Below, in pieces: positions 49,363 to 63,569 of a stretch of DNA of 64,000 nt (the first letter of the stretch is position 1; every line of letters begins with the position of its first letter). Source of the DNA: Octopus bimaculoides. Taxonomy: Eukaryota. The stretch lies in assembly GCF_001194135.2 (NCBI RefSeq), contig NC_068998.1:9804602-9868601 (forward strand). Reading direction: 5' to 3'. Both the position numbers and the translations under genes were made by a program. The notes under the pieces were generated by a model. It was given only the letters and a program-made list of their open reading frames with translations. It was not told the DNA's origin and searched no databases.

Positions 49363-49720
49363 CAACAACAACAGCACTACTACAACCCCAACAACAATGC
49401 TGACACCATTATTTGTATGAAAACCTCCACCATAACTACTACTACTACTACTACTACTGCTACTACTACTGCTACTACTACTGCTACTACTACTACTACT
49501 ACTACTGCTACTACTATCACCACCACCACCACCAACAGCTCAACCACAACCCCAACAACAACGATGACACCACCACACCATCACTTATATGAAAACCTCC
49601 ACCATAACTACTACTACGACTGCTGCTGCTACTACTACTACTACTACTACTACTCCTGCTGTTGCTACTACTACCACCACCACCACCACCACTACCACAC
49701 CACCACCTCACAAATCTCTG
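48820..49720. repeat. CAT/CAC/TAC low-complexity block (includes a gap)
   Basis: Degenerate trinucleotide runs. Confidence 0.9.
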
Positions 49721-49777
49721 CATCACCTTTTTTATTAAAAGTATATTTTTAATAGTATGCATTTTGTAGAAAAGTAG

Positions 49778-50315
49778 ATGTTGTTGTTTAGCCCTAGGTC
49801 AGCTCTGACTAGGCAGACCTATGATCAAAAGCATTTCTGCCATGGCCATCATGGGTTTTTTTTTTTTTTTAAGGGGTATCGAATGGAGGCACATGGCTGA
49901 GTGGTTAGAGTGTTGCACTGGTTATCATAAGATTGTGTTTTCGATTCCTGAATAAGGCAGTGCATTGTGTTCTTGAGCAGAGCACTTCACTTCATGCTGC
50001 CCCAGTCCACTCAGCTGTAAAACAAGGTCCAACAATGCCTGGGAAGTTGGCCCTGTAAATGACTTGCATCCCATTCAGGGACAGAGTGTTGTAATGTCAT
50101 TCTTTTAGATGGCAAGGAAATTGGATTAAGCTCCAGTGTTATGAGATCTAAGGCTTATGACATTCCTAGATAGACTTAGCTCTGAGGCTCAGACCTAAAT
50201 CTATCTAGGGCTACATAATCTAATGCTTTTTTCTTCTTTTGTAAAAGACTACAGTGTGATTGAGGGGGATTTGGCTGCTATATTTAGCAAGTCTAGAGAC
50301 CAGGTAAAGGCTTCA
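49778..50315 (-). mobile_element. Family E copy split by a nested SINE F (49885 to about 50160, + strand)
   Basis: GTTGTTGTTTAGCCCTAGGTCAG...CATGG precedes an F head GGAGGCACATGGCTGAGTGGTTAG. E resumes with TATCTAGGGCTACAT...GATTTGGCTGCTAT. Confidence 0.65.
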
Positions 50316-51010
50316 GCTGCCTCTTCTGTCAAAATGTTTAGTTGGTTAAATGTGGTGAGTTTACTAGGTTAATCTTCTGGGTGAGTTTACTGGGTATGTT
50401 TGTTGGGTATGTTTGCCGGGTGGAAAGGAGTAGAAACAGGAAACCATCCATTAACATCCATTATCAGGGTTAATGGAATGTTAGAGAGTAAAGAAATTTT
50501 AAAAATCCAGCTAAATTATACAAAGGTTAAGAAATCGTTTGAGCTCCTTAACGATGTGGAAGAACAATATTGTGTGTGCATGCGTGTGTGTGTATGTGTG
50601 TGTGAGTGTCTGTTAATATGTATATGTTTATGCGTAGGTTTCCATCTGCAAATAACATGTAGAGCTTTTGTCTCTCTTGTTTCAATTTACAAACATTACT
50701 GCTGCATTAACCGTCATTTCAAAGTAATTTATTAATTTCCCTGGTTGGCATGGGTGTGTATATCTAGGACTACATTATCTAATGTCCTTTTGTTTTGTTT
50801 TTTGCAAAATGGTAGGTGCAAGCTTGGCTGTGAGGTTAATTAGATTAATTAGTGCACTTCCCAATTACATGGTTTCAAGTTCAGTCCTATTGAACGGCAC
50901 CTTGAGGCAAGTGGATTTGGTAGATGGAAACTGAAGGGATAATGTGGTTTTAGAGTCAAATTTTGACTGCTATTTCAAGCATGGTGGTATCTCTTAGACA
51001 CCCTAAATTA

Positions 51011-51064
<54 letters not shown>

Positions 51065-51788
51065 TATTCACCTAAACAGTGCACGGACTACATTTTCTAG
51101 TTGCTTCTACTGGTAAACTATGTCTTCAGTTCAAGCTTTTATCTGAAACTCTTGTCTTCTGTCAGTCTGCCAGGGTCCCTCCTGTATATTTTTTCTTGCA
51201 TACCATTGAATACACACACACATATAGAGAAAACTTTGATTTAGTCTGTAGTTCAGAGATAATTTGGGGGTCCCTTTTACACATAGCTCTTTGAACTCAA
51301 CAACTAATTGAAGCTGAAACAAAAAAGAGAGGTGGGTGGTCCTTTTTTTTTTATAAATTCTAGATATTAAAACCTGAAGTGTTAAACTCAGCAAAGGAGA
51401 CCATTATTGCATGATTGTTTAGTTTTCGTGTTTCTTGAATTTTTTTTTTTTTTTTTTTGATTCTGCAGCAGATTGGAGATCAAATAAAAAAATAATTTAC
51501 GAGTGCTCTTCATGTGGGAAGTTAAAAAAAAAACAAACTATTGATGCACTTCACATGGGAAGATACAAAGAAGTATGTAAGGAAGTTTAAAATTTAGGAA
51601 CGAAGAAAAATAAAGAAACAGAAGAAGAAACAAACTATTTCTCACCTTGTTTTGTTAATCACTAAAGATCTATGTCTGCATCTATATATCTATATGTAAT
51701 TTCTGTGTAAGTATCTGTGTGTCTGTGCCTAATTTCTGTGTAAATATGCGCGCATGTGTGTGTGTTTGTAGGTATATGTATGTATATG

Positions 51789-52541
51789 TAAGGCGGTGAG
51801 CTAGCAGAAACGTTAGCATGTTGGGCGAAATGCTTAGCGGTATTTCGTCTGCCGCTACGTTCTGAGTTCAAATTCCGCTGAGGTCAACTTTGCCTTTCAT
51901 CCTTTCGGGGTCGATAAATTAAGTACCAGTTGCATACTGAGGTCAATGTAATCGACTTAATCCCTTTGTCTGTCCTTGTTTGTCCCCTCTATGTTTAGCC
52001 CCTTGTGGGCAATAAATAAATAAGAAAGGATTATTACTATTATTATTATTATTATTATTATCATCATCATTATTATTAAGGCACCAAGCCGGCAGAATTG
52101 TTAGCATGCCAGGTGAAATGCTTGGCAGTATTTCATCTGCCGCTACATTCTGAGTTCAAATTCTGCCTAGGTCGACTTTACCTTTTATCGTTTCGGGGGT
52201 CTATAAATTAAGTATCAGTGAAAAACTGTGGTTCGATGTTATCAACTAGTCCCCCACCTTCCAAATTTCAGGCCTTGTGCCTTTATTAGAAAGGATCATT
52301 ATTATTATTGTTATTATTATTATTATTATTATTTAGGGGACAGAATCATTAGCATGTGGGACAAAACACTCCGTTGCATTTCTTCCGGCTCTATACATTC
52401 TGAATTCAAATTTTGCCCCATTGACTTTGCCTTTCATCTCTTTTGGGGTCAATAAAATAAGTATCAGTTGAACACAGGGATCAATGTAATTGATTAGTCC
52501 CTTCCCTTAAAATTTCAGGCCTTGTGCCTATAGTAGAATGG

Positions 52542-52572
<31 letters not shown>
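51789..52572 (+). mobile_element. Array of three SINE C copies (C1, C2, C2), each followed by (ATT)n
   Basis: Copies at about 51789-52027, 52079-52280 and 52337-52545. ATT runs lie at about 52030-52078, 52276-52333 and 52542-52572. Confidence 0.88.
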
Positions 52573-52573
<1 letters not shown>

Positions 52574-52828
52574 GAGTTTTAATCAATTTTATTCTGTCCT
52601 TCTTGTCTGTGTAATCTTAATCTGATTTGATTGAGAGGTTTTAGAAAAACATGGATGTTTTAGATGGGAATACAATTGCGTCTGCTAACTACGGAAATTA
52701 AAACAAGTTTTGTGTGTATTTTTTATGTGTGCGTGTGTGTGTGTGTGTGTGTGCAAATAGGCATAAATGTATGCATGGAAATGTACATTCTTACAGACTG
52801 ATTTTTCTTGCCCCAGGCAGGTCTGTTC

Positions 52829-52874
<46 letters not shown>

Positions 52875-53071
52875 GCTCATACACACGCACATGCACACAC
52901 ACACACACACACACACAAGCATACACATACAATGTGTATATGTATGTATATTATGTGTGTCTATTTTTCATATCTATTTGTATATGTATAAATATAAGTA
53001 TACATACATACACACATACATACATACACGTGTGTGTGTTTATATATATATATATATATAATGTATGTATA

Positions 53072-53168
<97 letters not shown>

Positions 53169-54234
53169 AGAGAGAGAGGGAGAGAGACAGAGATAAATAG
53201 GTAGATATACACACATGTGTGTCGTTTAATATTTATGCATGCGCGCACACACACACATATACACACACCTGATTGGAGAGCTAGTGAAGAAAAATCCTCT
53301 CTGACACCGAAAATTTCAAAGACTTTAAAAATTTGACTGGAAGCTTACAGAGAAATTATGACATTGACAGACTGTATATATATCTGAGAAGAAGGCAAAG
53401 ACACAAGGGCTTAACATCATTCCAGACAGCATCAGTTGACTGAATGCCATATGGCAGATATTTGATTAAAAGACTAGATCAAAAATCAATACATAGAGTG
53501 ATAGAAATTAAGGAAATCAATATATTATGAATGGATTCTTCCAGAAATTCTAGAGATATGGAGATATATTCCATGTGACCCCCTCACTCCCCCCTCTCCC
53601 CCCNNNNNNNNNNNNNNNNNNNNNNNNNNNNNNNNNNNNNNNNNNNNNNNNNNNNNNNNNNNNNNNNNNNNNNNNNNNNNNNNNNNNNNNNNNNNNNNNN
53701 NNNNNNNNNNNNNNNNNNNNNNNNNNNNNNNNNNNNNNNNNNNNNNNNNNNNNNNNNNNNNNNNNNNNNNNNNNNNNNNNNNNNNNNNNNNNNNNNNNNN
53801 NNNNNNNNNNNNNNNNNNNNNNNNNNNNNNNNNNNNNNNNNNNNNNNNNNNNNNNNNNNNNNNNNNNNNNNNNNNNNNNNNNNNNNNNNNNNNNNNNNNN
53901 NNNNNNNNNNNNNNNNNNNNNNNNNNNNNNNNNNNNNNNNNNNNNNNNNNNNNNNNNNNNNNNNNNNNNNNNNNNNNNNNNNNATATATAGATACACACA
54001 CACACGCACATGCACACGCACATGCACATACACACACACGCGCATGCACACACACACGCATGCACACACACACACACGCACGCACACACACACACACATA
54101 CAAACACTTGTATGTAAATATACATATTTATTTCATGCTTTGTCAAGGAATGGTGCATTGTACGAGAATTTTTGACTTGAGTCAAATATACCAAATGACA
54201 AATTGTTGTTAGAGCATCTGCATATGTGAAACTT

Positions 54235-54535
54235 GAATCGACCCCGAAAGGATGAAAGGCCAAGTCGACCTCGGCAGAATTTGAACTCAGAACGTAGCGG
54301 CAGACGAAATACCGCTAAGCATTTCGTCCGGCCTGCTAACGTTTCCATCATTTCGCCGCCTTCTTTCTGCCAGCTCGCCGGGCTTCTTTCAGTTTCTGCC
54401 TACCAAATCCACTCACAAGGCTTTGGTTGGCCCTAGGCTGTAGTAGAAGACACTTGCACAATGTGCTGTGCAGTAGTAGGACTGAACCCAGAACAATGTG
54501 CTTCGGAAGCAATCCTCTTACCACGTAGCCACATC
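54235..54535 (-). mobile_element. SINE B 5' half joined to SINE C heads
   Basis: The reverse strand reads CTGAAAGAAGCCCG|GCGAGCTGGCAGAAAGAAG|GCGGCGAAATGATGGAAACGTTAGC. Confidence 0.75.
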
Positions 54536-55004
54536 AACACCTTGATTACTATTTTCAAAAGGAAATTCCTTATGGAGTTTTATAAATAAAAGTTATGCTG
54601 ATCTAAACAACCTACATATTGTAATTGCTTGTTATGAAAAGTCAGCGAACCATTTACAAGCATGTGTTAATTAATTTTAAAGAATTTGGGAAAATAGATA
54701 GAATGCATTTAGCGTTTGATAAAGAGAACATAAAGAAGTTTTGAAAAACTGAGATATCTTGAAAAGATTGATTAAAGTAGCATGCTTCTGGAAATGTAAG
54801 AAAAGTTGGCTTTTCATGGCCATTCTTGAAAGGAATTATCTGAAAACAGAGATAACTATTAGGAAATAGCCTTTTGTCACAGAGATTTCGATAAAAAGAA
54901 ACTACAAAATCATTTCAAAACTAGTTGTTATCAACTATTCAGTGTGATCTAATTAAGTCAATTAACGCAATTCTTTTCACCCAAATTAAAAAAGGAGGTG
55001 CAGG

Positions 55005-55357
55005 TATAGGTGTTTGGTTAGGAAATATGATTTCCGACCTCATGGTTCCAGGTTCAGTCCCTCTGTGTAGCACCTTGGGCAAGTGTCTTCCATTATTGCC
55101 CCAGCCTGACCAAGGCCTTATGAGTGGATTTAGGTGATAGAAACTGAAAGAAGCTCATCATATCTATCTGTATGTGTGTGTGTGTGTGTGTGTAGGTGCA
55201 GGTGTGGTTGTGTGGTAACAAGCCTGCTTCCTAACCGCATGGTTCTGGGTTCAGTCCCACTCTGTGGTACCTTGGGCAAGAGTATTCTACTATAAGCTCG
55301 GGCCAACCATAGCCTTGTGAGTGGATTTGGTAGGTGGAAACTGAAAGAAACCTATTG

Positions 55358-55395
<38 letters not shown>

Positions 55396-55501
55396 NNNNN
55401 NNNNNTAAATCCTGGGGTTGATTTCTTCGACTAAAACCCTTTAAGGCAGTGCTTCAGCATGGTCGCAGTCAAATGACTGAAACAAGTAAAAGAATAAAAG
55501 A

Positions 55502-55502
<1 letters not shown>
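55005..55502 (+). mobile_element. Two tandem SINE B 5' halves plus a B tail across a small gap
   Basis: Heads at about 55005 and 55195; tail GCTTCAGCATGGTCGCAGTCAAATGACTG at about 55450. Confidence 0.8.
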
Positions 55503-55541
<39 letters not shown>

Positions 55542-56245
55542 TTGTTTTGAGAAAGAAGATTGATTAGAAATTCTCTCACAATGTAGAAGTTTGGACTTAG
55601 ACATGCTCATGTTTTGCTCAAGAGTAACTTGAGACGAAAGATATAAATATGTAATGTGAAAGAACAAAAGACTTTGTAATTCAGTCCGCAAACTTGACTC
55701 CACTTAGAAATGGATTTAAAGAACAAATGTACATGGTAGAATAAGAATATATAAATACAGACATTCTTTTAAAAATTTATAAACAAATAAATGTGTTAAA
55801 AATATATACGTGTAAATTGATAGATTTTAAAAGAATCTTCGGATGGAGGCATAAAAATGTTAAAACATGCGTGTATAGGTAAAAATATTGGCGAAAGTCT
55901 GAAGTGGTGATGGAAGCGAAATAAAAGATACAATGAGGTGCTTTTTTGCACGCCACTGGCATGGGACCAATCAGGCAGCACTGATATCGACCATGTTCAT
56001 ATAGTGCATTTTACATACCACTGCCACAGGAGCCAGTACGGTGGGGTTGGCTTTGACCACGCTCAAATGGGGCTTAAATTGAAGATATAATCATTAAAAT
56101 GATTATATCAGTGGCCAGCATATAAAAAAACCCATCATATTGGTAAAATGACTGAAACCAATAAAAGAATATATATATATATATTTCGTTTTTGGATTTG
56201 GTTTGCAAGATTCTTCATGTGAGTTTGTGTGTTGAAAGCATATTT

Positions 56246-56420
56246 TGTTGTGTCTGGAGAGAGTCATTCTCTTTTGGTGCCTTATTATTTCACACACTCA
56301 CTGGTAAAGTGTGAAAAATAAGTAAATAAAGAAATAGATAAATAAATGAGTGGAAACTTTACCAGTGAGTGTGTTAAATAATAAGGTACTAAAAGAGAAT
56401 GACTCTCCCTAGACACAACA
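56246..56420. repeat. 65-bp inverted repeat (5 mismatches) with a 45-nt A-rich loop
   Basis: 56246-56310 pairs with 56356-56420. Confidence 0.92.
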
Positions 56421-56872
56421 GGTTGGTGCTGATGGTTGTATTTAGGTTATTAGGTCCTTTCTAAAAATCAACCTACCCATGCTGTAGCCATTCCTACTGT
56501 GAGGGCCAGGTTCACTATCATCTCATTACAATCCAAATATATCAGCTCTTGTAAGCTTTTTAAGATGTTCTTCAAGATAGAAAAATCCTCTCAGTTCAAA
56601 GGGTTCCACTCCATTTTTAACTGTTTACCCCCCCCCTTTTGGGGGGGGGGGTTACAATATTTTTGTTGAGATACACTGCTTTTTGTTTTTTTCGATTAAT
56701 TTTGGAAATAATGAAGAATTTATTAAAATAACTGCCTCGTTATTAAAGCTGGTGTTTTGGAACTTAATAAAAAAAGAAAACACGGAACTTTATTGGAAGA
56801 TTTTAATTTAGATCAGTTTAGAACAGGAAGTTTGTATCATAGAACCAGTAAGGATGATAAAGATGACAATGG

Positions 56873-56903
<31 letters not shown>

Positions 56904-57087
56904 AGTAGTAGTAGTAGTATCAGGTGGGCTGGTGTCAAAAGGGTTAACTCTTTAATTTATTAATAAAGTTAGCTGCCAAGAACGTTCAGATTACTCAGTC
57001 AAATGTATGGCTTATTTATTCACCATTGCTTTGAATTAATAATCATGCATTTATCTCATACACATACATATATATATATACATATAT

Positions 57088-57278
57088 ACGACAGGCTTCT
57101 TTCAGTTTCCATCTACCAAATCCACTCACAAGGCTTTGGTCAGCCCAAGGCTATAGTAGAAGGCACTTGCCCAAGATGCCACGCAGTGGGAGTGAACCTG
57201 GAACCATGTGGTTGGGAAGCAAGCTTCTTAGCACACAGCCACTCCTGCACCTAGCTTCTTAGTACACAGCCACTCCTG

Positions 57279-57281
<3 letters not shown>
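57088..57281 (-). mobile_element. SINE B 5' half with a tandem duplication of about 30 bp at the head
   Basis: AGCTTCTTAG(C/T)ACACAGCCACTCCTGCAC occurs twice. Confidence 0.85.
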
Positions 57282-57317
<36 letters not shown>

Positions 57318-57953
57318 GCCTATATATATATACATATGCCTATATAGATATCTATGTATATACATATTGTTTTACCTCTCTTTCTCTCTCTCCCTATATA
57401 TATGTGTGTGTGTGTGTGTGTGTAGGTATATTTACATTATAAGTGTATATGCTTTTAAAAGCATCTGACCATGTTGCGATGTAGGATTTATAAGTCTTCC
57501 CTTAGAGTTCCATCCACGTATCCAAACGGATGATGATGGTTGCTGGTTGCTTATATAACATTTCTATAACAATCAGGATTCTCTGTCTTGTTTGAAGTAG
57601 CAGCTTTGAAGAACTGGAACTGTGATGTTGGAGTTTGACCTCTTATTATGCCTAGAATAATGCATATTGTCATTTATGAATGTTTCTTTGAATTAATGAT
57701 CTATATTTGCTTTATGATGTGGATATACAAATGTGTGTGTGTGTGTGTTTATATGCATGTATTAGTACGAGTGGTTATATGCATACTTACGTAATGTAAT
57801 GTGTGTTAGTATGCATATGGTTGTATTTGTATATATGTGTATATATGTACATGTTTGTATGTGTGTGTGTCTGTGTGTGTATATATATATGCATGTGTAT
57901 GCATTTCAATATAGATGCATGTGTTTGTAAACATGCATACATACTATACATGT

Positions 57954-57998
<45 letters not shown>

Positions 57999-59209
57999 TA
58001 TATACATCTATGTATATAGGTTTGTGTGTACATATATGTATATATACATATATAAAATGCATATATGTATGTGTGTGTGTGTGTGTCTATGTGGAGAATG
58101 TTAATTGTGCGTTTATGTATATGAGTGTAAGTTTTTGTGTGTATGCATGCATGAATGTGTGTGTGTGTGTGTAAGTAGATTAAGCTGTGAACCTTTGCAT
58201 TTGTTAGTGCAGACAGCAATGTTTCAGATTTCATTCTGAAATAAAAGCAATCAGTGCTGTCCCATATATGTATTGTTAAATAAATGTAAAACTTAAGTTC
58301 TGTCATGTTTGTTTTAGGCAGCTTCGTAAATAATCACATTTTTTTTATCTTAGTCTCACTCAAACTATCTTGCAGTCAATAAATACAACAGATTCTTTAT
58401 TACTAATTTAATAAATTTGTATCGTGCTATAATGTATATTGTATTGAAGCTGGCTTTATTTTATTTTTCATGAAAGATAATTAAAAAAAAAAAATGGCTC
58501 CCAGATTACTTTTGAATTAATAATGGACTTTCAAGTTGTAATGGACATACCTACCCATCCTTTTATCTGTTAAATCACAGGCTCATAACAATGTGTACAT
58601 GTGTGTCGATGTATATACATGTATGTTTGTATATATGTATGTATGTATGTATGTGTATATATATGTTTGTATGTATGTGATTTTTTTTTTTAAAGCCAAA
58701 ACAATGTAAGCTTAAAATATAAAATACAGGTCAATGGTTAACACTATTTATTCTTTTATTCTCTTCTGCACTTCGGCCCATAGGCTGTGGGCATGCTGTA
58801 GCTTTTGGTGAAGGAAGGAGTTTGACATATGAATATATATATATATATGCATGTATATATATGCATACGTATATGCATATATATATATATATATATATAT
58901 GCATATATTCATATGCATATATATATGAATATATATATATATATATATATATGCATGTACATATATATGTATACATATACGGGTACAGGATGTCACCAAC
59001 AGTAAACAACATGAATATGAAAACAAATGGGTTCAGTACACAAACAACAAGAGAAACAAATGGCAAACAGGACAAGTAACATAAAGAACAACCCTTCATC
59101 AGTTGTCGGCTGGCTATCTACTCCTCATTTTGAGAAGTTTATCGTTATCTATTTATCTACCTACATGCCTGTCTGACTGCCTAGCACCCTGCTTCCCTGC
59201 CTATCTATC

Positions 59210-59253
<44 letters not shown>

Positions 59254-59679
59254 TATGATGAAGATTTTTTTTTTTTTTTAATCAGCGGTGATTGTTTACT
59301 TTGTAGTTCTGCTGATATTGGCTTCTGAAAAACAGAGAAAACAGTGAAAACAGTCTCTGTTTTGAGAAGCAAGCATTATTGACACTTCAAAGTAAACTAA
59401 AGTAACCATTGATAATAATGAATATCATTGTGACTCTACAATCAGTATTGAGTTCTTTGTTCAGTCTATGTTTTGTGTATTTATGTACACAAATCTATAA
59501 AATATGTGATTATAATTTAATGATTATATTGATATAATATATATATATATAAAATTGTATACACATATATATAATTGTATACACATATATATAACTATAT
59601 ATGTTTACGGTGGTGCACCAGCATGACCGCAGCCACTTGGCTGAAACACATAAATAAATAAATAAATATATATATATAT

Positions 59680-59720
<41 letters not shown>

Positions 59721-59935
59721 NNNNNNNNNNNNNNNNNNNNNNNNNNNNNNNNNNNNNNNNNNNNNNNNNNNNNNNNNNNNNNNNNNNNNNNNNNNNNNNN
59801 NNNNNNATACATACACACACATATATATATATATATATAAAATTATATATATATATATATATATATACATACACACACATATATATATATATATATAAAA
59901 TTAAATACATACATACATACATACACACATACATG

Positions 59936-59966
<31 letters not shown>

Positions 59967-60420
59967 CTAGGTGGTGCTATTAAGTTAGACATGGCCTGAG
60001 CCTATACTGGTTGAAACGTATCTTATATATAAAATTACATACATACATTCATATATGTGTGTGTGTGTCTGTGTCTGTGTGTATAATTTACATACACATA
60101 TTGAGACACTCGTATATAATATACAAGGTGATATCTTCCTGTGTACTTCTGTCAGTCAGTCTGTTGAGTTAATTATCTATCTGTCTGTGTGTCTGTATCT
60201 ATATACCTGTGTATCTATATACCTGTTTTTCTGTCTGTCTGTCTGTCTGTTTATCTGTCTGTTTGTCTATCTGTCTACTTGCCTGCCCCCACTCTCTGAC
60301 TGTCTATCTATCTGTCTACCTCTCTGACTCTCTGTTTATCTTATTTGTCTATATGTCTATTTTTCTGGCTGTCTGTCCGTCTCTCTGTATGTCTGTACCC
60401 TCTCTGTCTGTCTGCCCCTG

Positions 60421-60458
<38 letters not shown>

Positions 60459-60730
60459 GGTGTGTATATATCTATCTGTCTGTTTGTCTGCCTGCCTGAT
60501 CACTTTATTTTATTCTTTTACTGGTTTCAGTCATTAGACTGTGGCCATGCTGGTGCACTGTCAGCAGTGTATTAGTTGATCATATTGACTCCTGTACAAA
60601 GTATTCATTTCATCATTCTCTAACTGTGAAATTGCACCAAACCCCGTGTACTGTAGAAGTGTTTTCTGCTATAGCTTTGGGCTGACCAAAGCCTTGTGAG
60701 TAGATTTGGTTGACAGAAACTAAAGAAGCA

Positions 60731-60761
<31 letters not shown>

Positions 60762-60873
60762 CAAGGCGCCACATTCAGAAGTAGAAAGACATTTATTAAG
60801 GACTGCTTTTCCGGGGAAGAAATGAGGGAGTCATCCTCAGATGAGGCACCTCAAACAAATTCCTGACATTGAA

Positions 60874-61019
60874 CAGTCATGGGCAAACTGTGCTCTGTGA
60901 GACTTTCTGAATGACATGCTTAATGAAAAATTACCTTAAAATGTCTCAGTTGTGAGGCCTGCCTGATGGTGACCCATGTTTCACACAGCTCATTTCTTGA
61001 AAAAGGTGGTCCATCCCTG
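60874..61019. mobile_element. Second copy of the hAT MITE at 16480-16610 (opposite orientation, diverged)
   Basis: CAGTCATGGGCAAAC...GAGACTT...AAAAATTACCTT...CCATGTTTCAC...AAAAGG...CCCTG is collinear with the reverse complement of 16480-16610. The right TSD is cut by the gap. Confidence 0.75.
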
Positions 61020-61720
61020 CCATNNNNNNNNNNNNNNNNNNNNNNNNNNNNNNNNNNNNNNNNNNNNNNNNNNNNNNNNNNNNNNNNNNNNNNNNNNNNN
61101 NNNNNNNNNNNNNNNNNNNNNNNNNNNNNNNNNNNNNNNNNNNNNNNNNNNNNNNNNNNNNNNNNNNNNNNNNNNNNNNNNNNNNNNNNNNNNNNNNNNN
61201 NNNNNNNNNNNNNNNNNNNNNNNNNNNNNNNNNNNNNNNNNNNNNNNNNNNNNNNNNNNNNNNNNNNNNNNNNNNNNNNNNNNNNNNNNNNNNNNNNNNN
61301 NNNNNNNNNNNNNNNNNNNNNNNNNNNNNNNNNNNNNNNNNNNNNNNNNNNNNNNNNNNNNNNNNNNNNNNNNNNNNNNNNNNNNNNNNNNNNNNNNNNN
61401 NNNNNNNNNNNNNNNNNNNNNNNNNNNNNNNNNNNNNNNNNNNNNNNNNNNNNNNNNNNNNNNNNNNNNNNNNNNNNNNNNNNNNGTGGGGTAATGAAAT
61501 AATGATGGAAATAAGTACGAAAATATAAATCTTCTGTACAAGTGCATATACATACGCAAAGATGTATGTCTAACTATATGTGTACATACATACATATATA
61601 TATATTTACATATCTAAATATATACATAAGTATATGTGTGTGTGTGTATGTATGTGTGTATATCAACTTCAACCTTATTAACATTTAATGCGTATTTTCC
61701 TTGTTGACATGGGTTGATAA

Positions 61721-61757
<37 letters not shown>

Positions 61758-61889
61758 NNNNNNNNNNNNNNNNNNNNNNNNNNNNNNNNNNNNNNNNNNN
61801 NNNNNNNNNNNNNNNNNNNNNNNNNNNNNNNNNNNNNNNNNNNNNNNNNNNNNNNNNNNNNNNNNNNNNNNNNNNNNNNNNNNNCATAC

Positions 61890-61930
<41 letters not shown>

Positions 61931-62341
61931 CACACACACATGTATATATATATACACACACATACATGCATGCATCATACACATGTGTATGTATATAGAT
62001 AGACTTTAAGGAGAGGTGGGGATATGCAAATTACACCCAAAGATCAAATGGTAAACATCAAGATTAACATCTGTTTAATTCAGATTGAAAGGACAGAATT
62101 GATCCCACAGTCAGTAACATGTGGTAGAAAGATACACCCTCCAAACCCTCTCTCTCTTATGCACATACACACTATACATACATGCATACACATACATACA
62201 TCCACCCATCCACCAACACACACACATACACATGTATATACAGTGTGTGTATATGCATACACAAATACACATGTATATTTAACTATATATGTATATCTAT
62301 CTTTCTATCTGTCTGTCTATTTATCTATCCACATATATATA

Positions 62342-62373
<32 letters not shown>

Positions 62374-62422
62374 CATACATTTTAATGTTTGTTTTCCATG
62401 TTGATATGGGTTGTGTGTGTGC

Positions 62423-62459
<37 letters not shown>

Positions 62460-62534
62460 TATACATATGTATGTATATAGGTGTGTATATATACATGTAT
62501 GCCAGCATAGAAGGTGGATGTTAAACGACGACGA

Positions 62535-62569
<35 letters not shown>

Positions 62570-63569
62570 NNNNNNNNNNNNNNNNNNNNNNNNNNNNNNN
62601 NNNNNNNNNNNNNNNNNNNNNNNNNNNNNNNNNNNNNNNNNNNNNNNNNNNNNNNNNNNNNNNNNNNNNNNNNNNNNNNNNNNNNNNNNNNNNNNNNNNN
62701 NNNNNNNNNNNNNNNNNNNNNNNNNNNNNNNNNNNNNNNNNNNNNNNNNNNNNNNNNNNNNNNNNNNNNNNNNNNNNNNNNNNNNNNNNNNNNNNNNNNN
62801 NNNNNNNNNNNNNNNNNNNNNNNNNNNNNNNNNNNNNNNNNNNNNNNNNNNNNNNNNNNNNNNNNNNNNNNNNNNNNNNNNNNNNNNNNNNNNNNNNNNN
62901 NNNNNNNNNNNNNNNNNNNNNNNNNNNNNNNNNNNNNNNNNNNNNNNNNNNNNNNNNNNNNNNNNNNNNNNNNNNNNNNNNNNNNNNNNNNNNNNNNNNN
63001 NNNNNNNNNNNNNNNNNNNNNNNNNNNNNNNNNNNNNNNNNNNNNNNNNNNNNNNNNNNNNNNNNNNNNNNNNNNNNNNNNNNNNNNNNNNNNNNNNNNN
63101 NNNNNNNNNNNNNNNNNNNNNNNNNNNNNNNNNNNNNNNNNNNNNNNNNNNNNNNNNNNNNNNNNNNNNNNNNNNNNNNNNNNNNNNNNNNNNNNNNNNN
63201 NNNNNNNNNNNNNNNNNNNNNNNNNNNNNNNNNNNNNNNNNNNNNNNNNNNNNNNNNNNNNNNNNNNNNNNNNNNNNNNNNNNNNNNNNNNNNNNNNNNN
63301 NNNNNNNNNNNNNNNNNNNNNNNNNNNNNNNNNNNNNNNNNNNNNNNNNNNNNNNNNNNNNNNNNNNNNNNNNNNNNNNNNNNNNNNNNNNNNNNNNNNN
63401 NNNNNNNNNNNNNNNNNNNNNNNNNNNNNNNNNNNNNNNNNNNNNNNNNNNNNNNNNNNNNNNNNNNNNNNNNNNNNNNNNNNNNNNNNNNNNNNNNNNN
63501 NNNNNNNNNNNNNNNNNNNNNNNNNNNNNNNNNNNNNNNNNNNNNNNNNNNNNNNNNNNNNNNNNNNNN
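62570..63569. other. Assembly gap (1000 N), the largest of about 18 gaps, most abutting microsatellites
   Basis: N run. Confidence 0.99.

Noticed and set aside
53270-54960. Coding-looking AT-rich stretches at 53270-53580 and 54600-54930
   Set aside because: They have multiple stops in all frames and no motif I can name. They may be old TE debris.
59060-59135. Minus-strand CTGATGAAGGG as a hammerhead or Penelope end
   Set aside because: There is no downstream stem II partner or GAAAC in a compatible arrangement.
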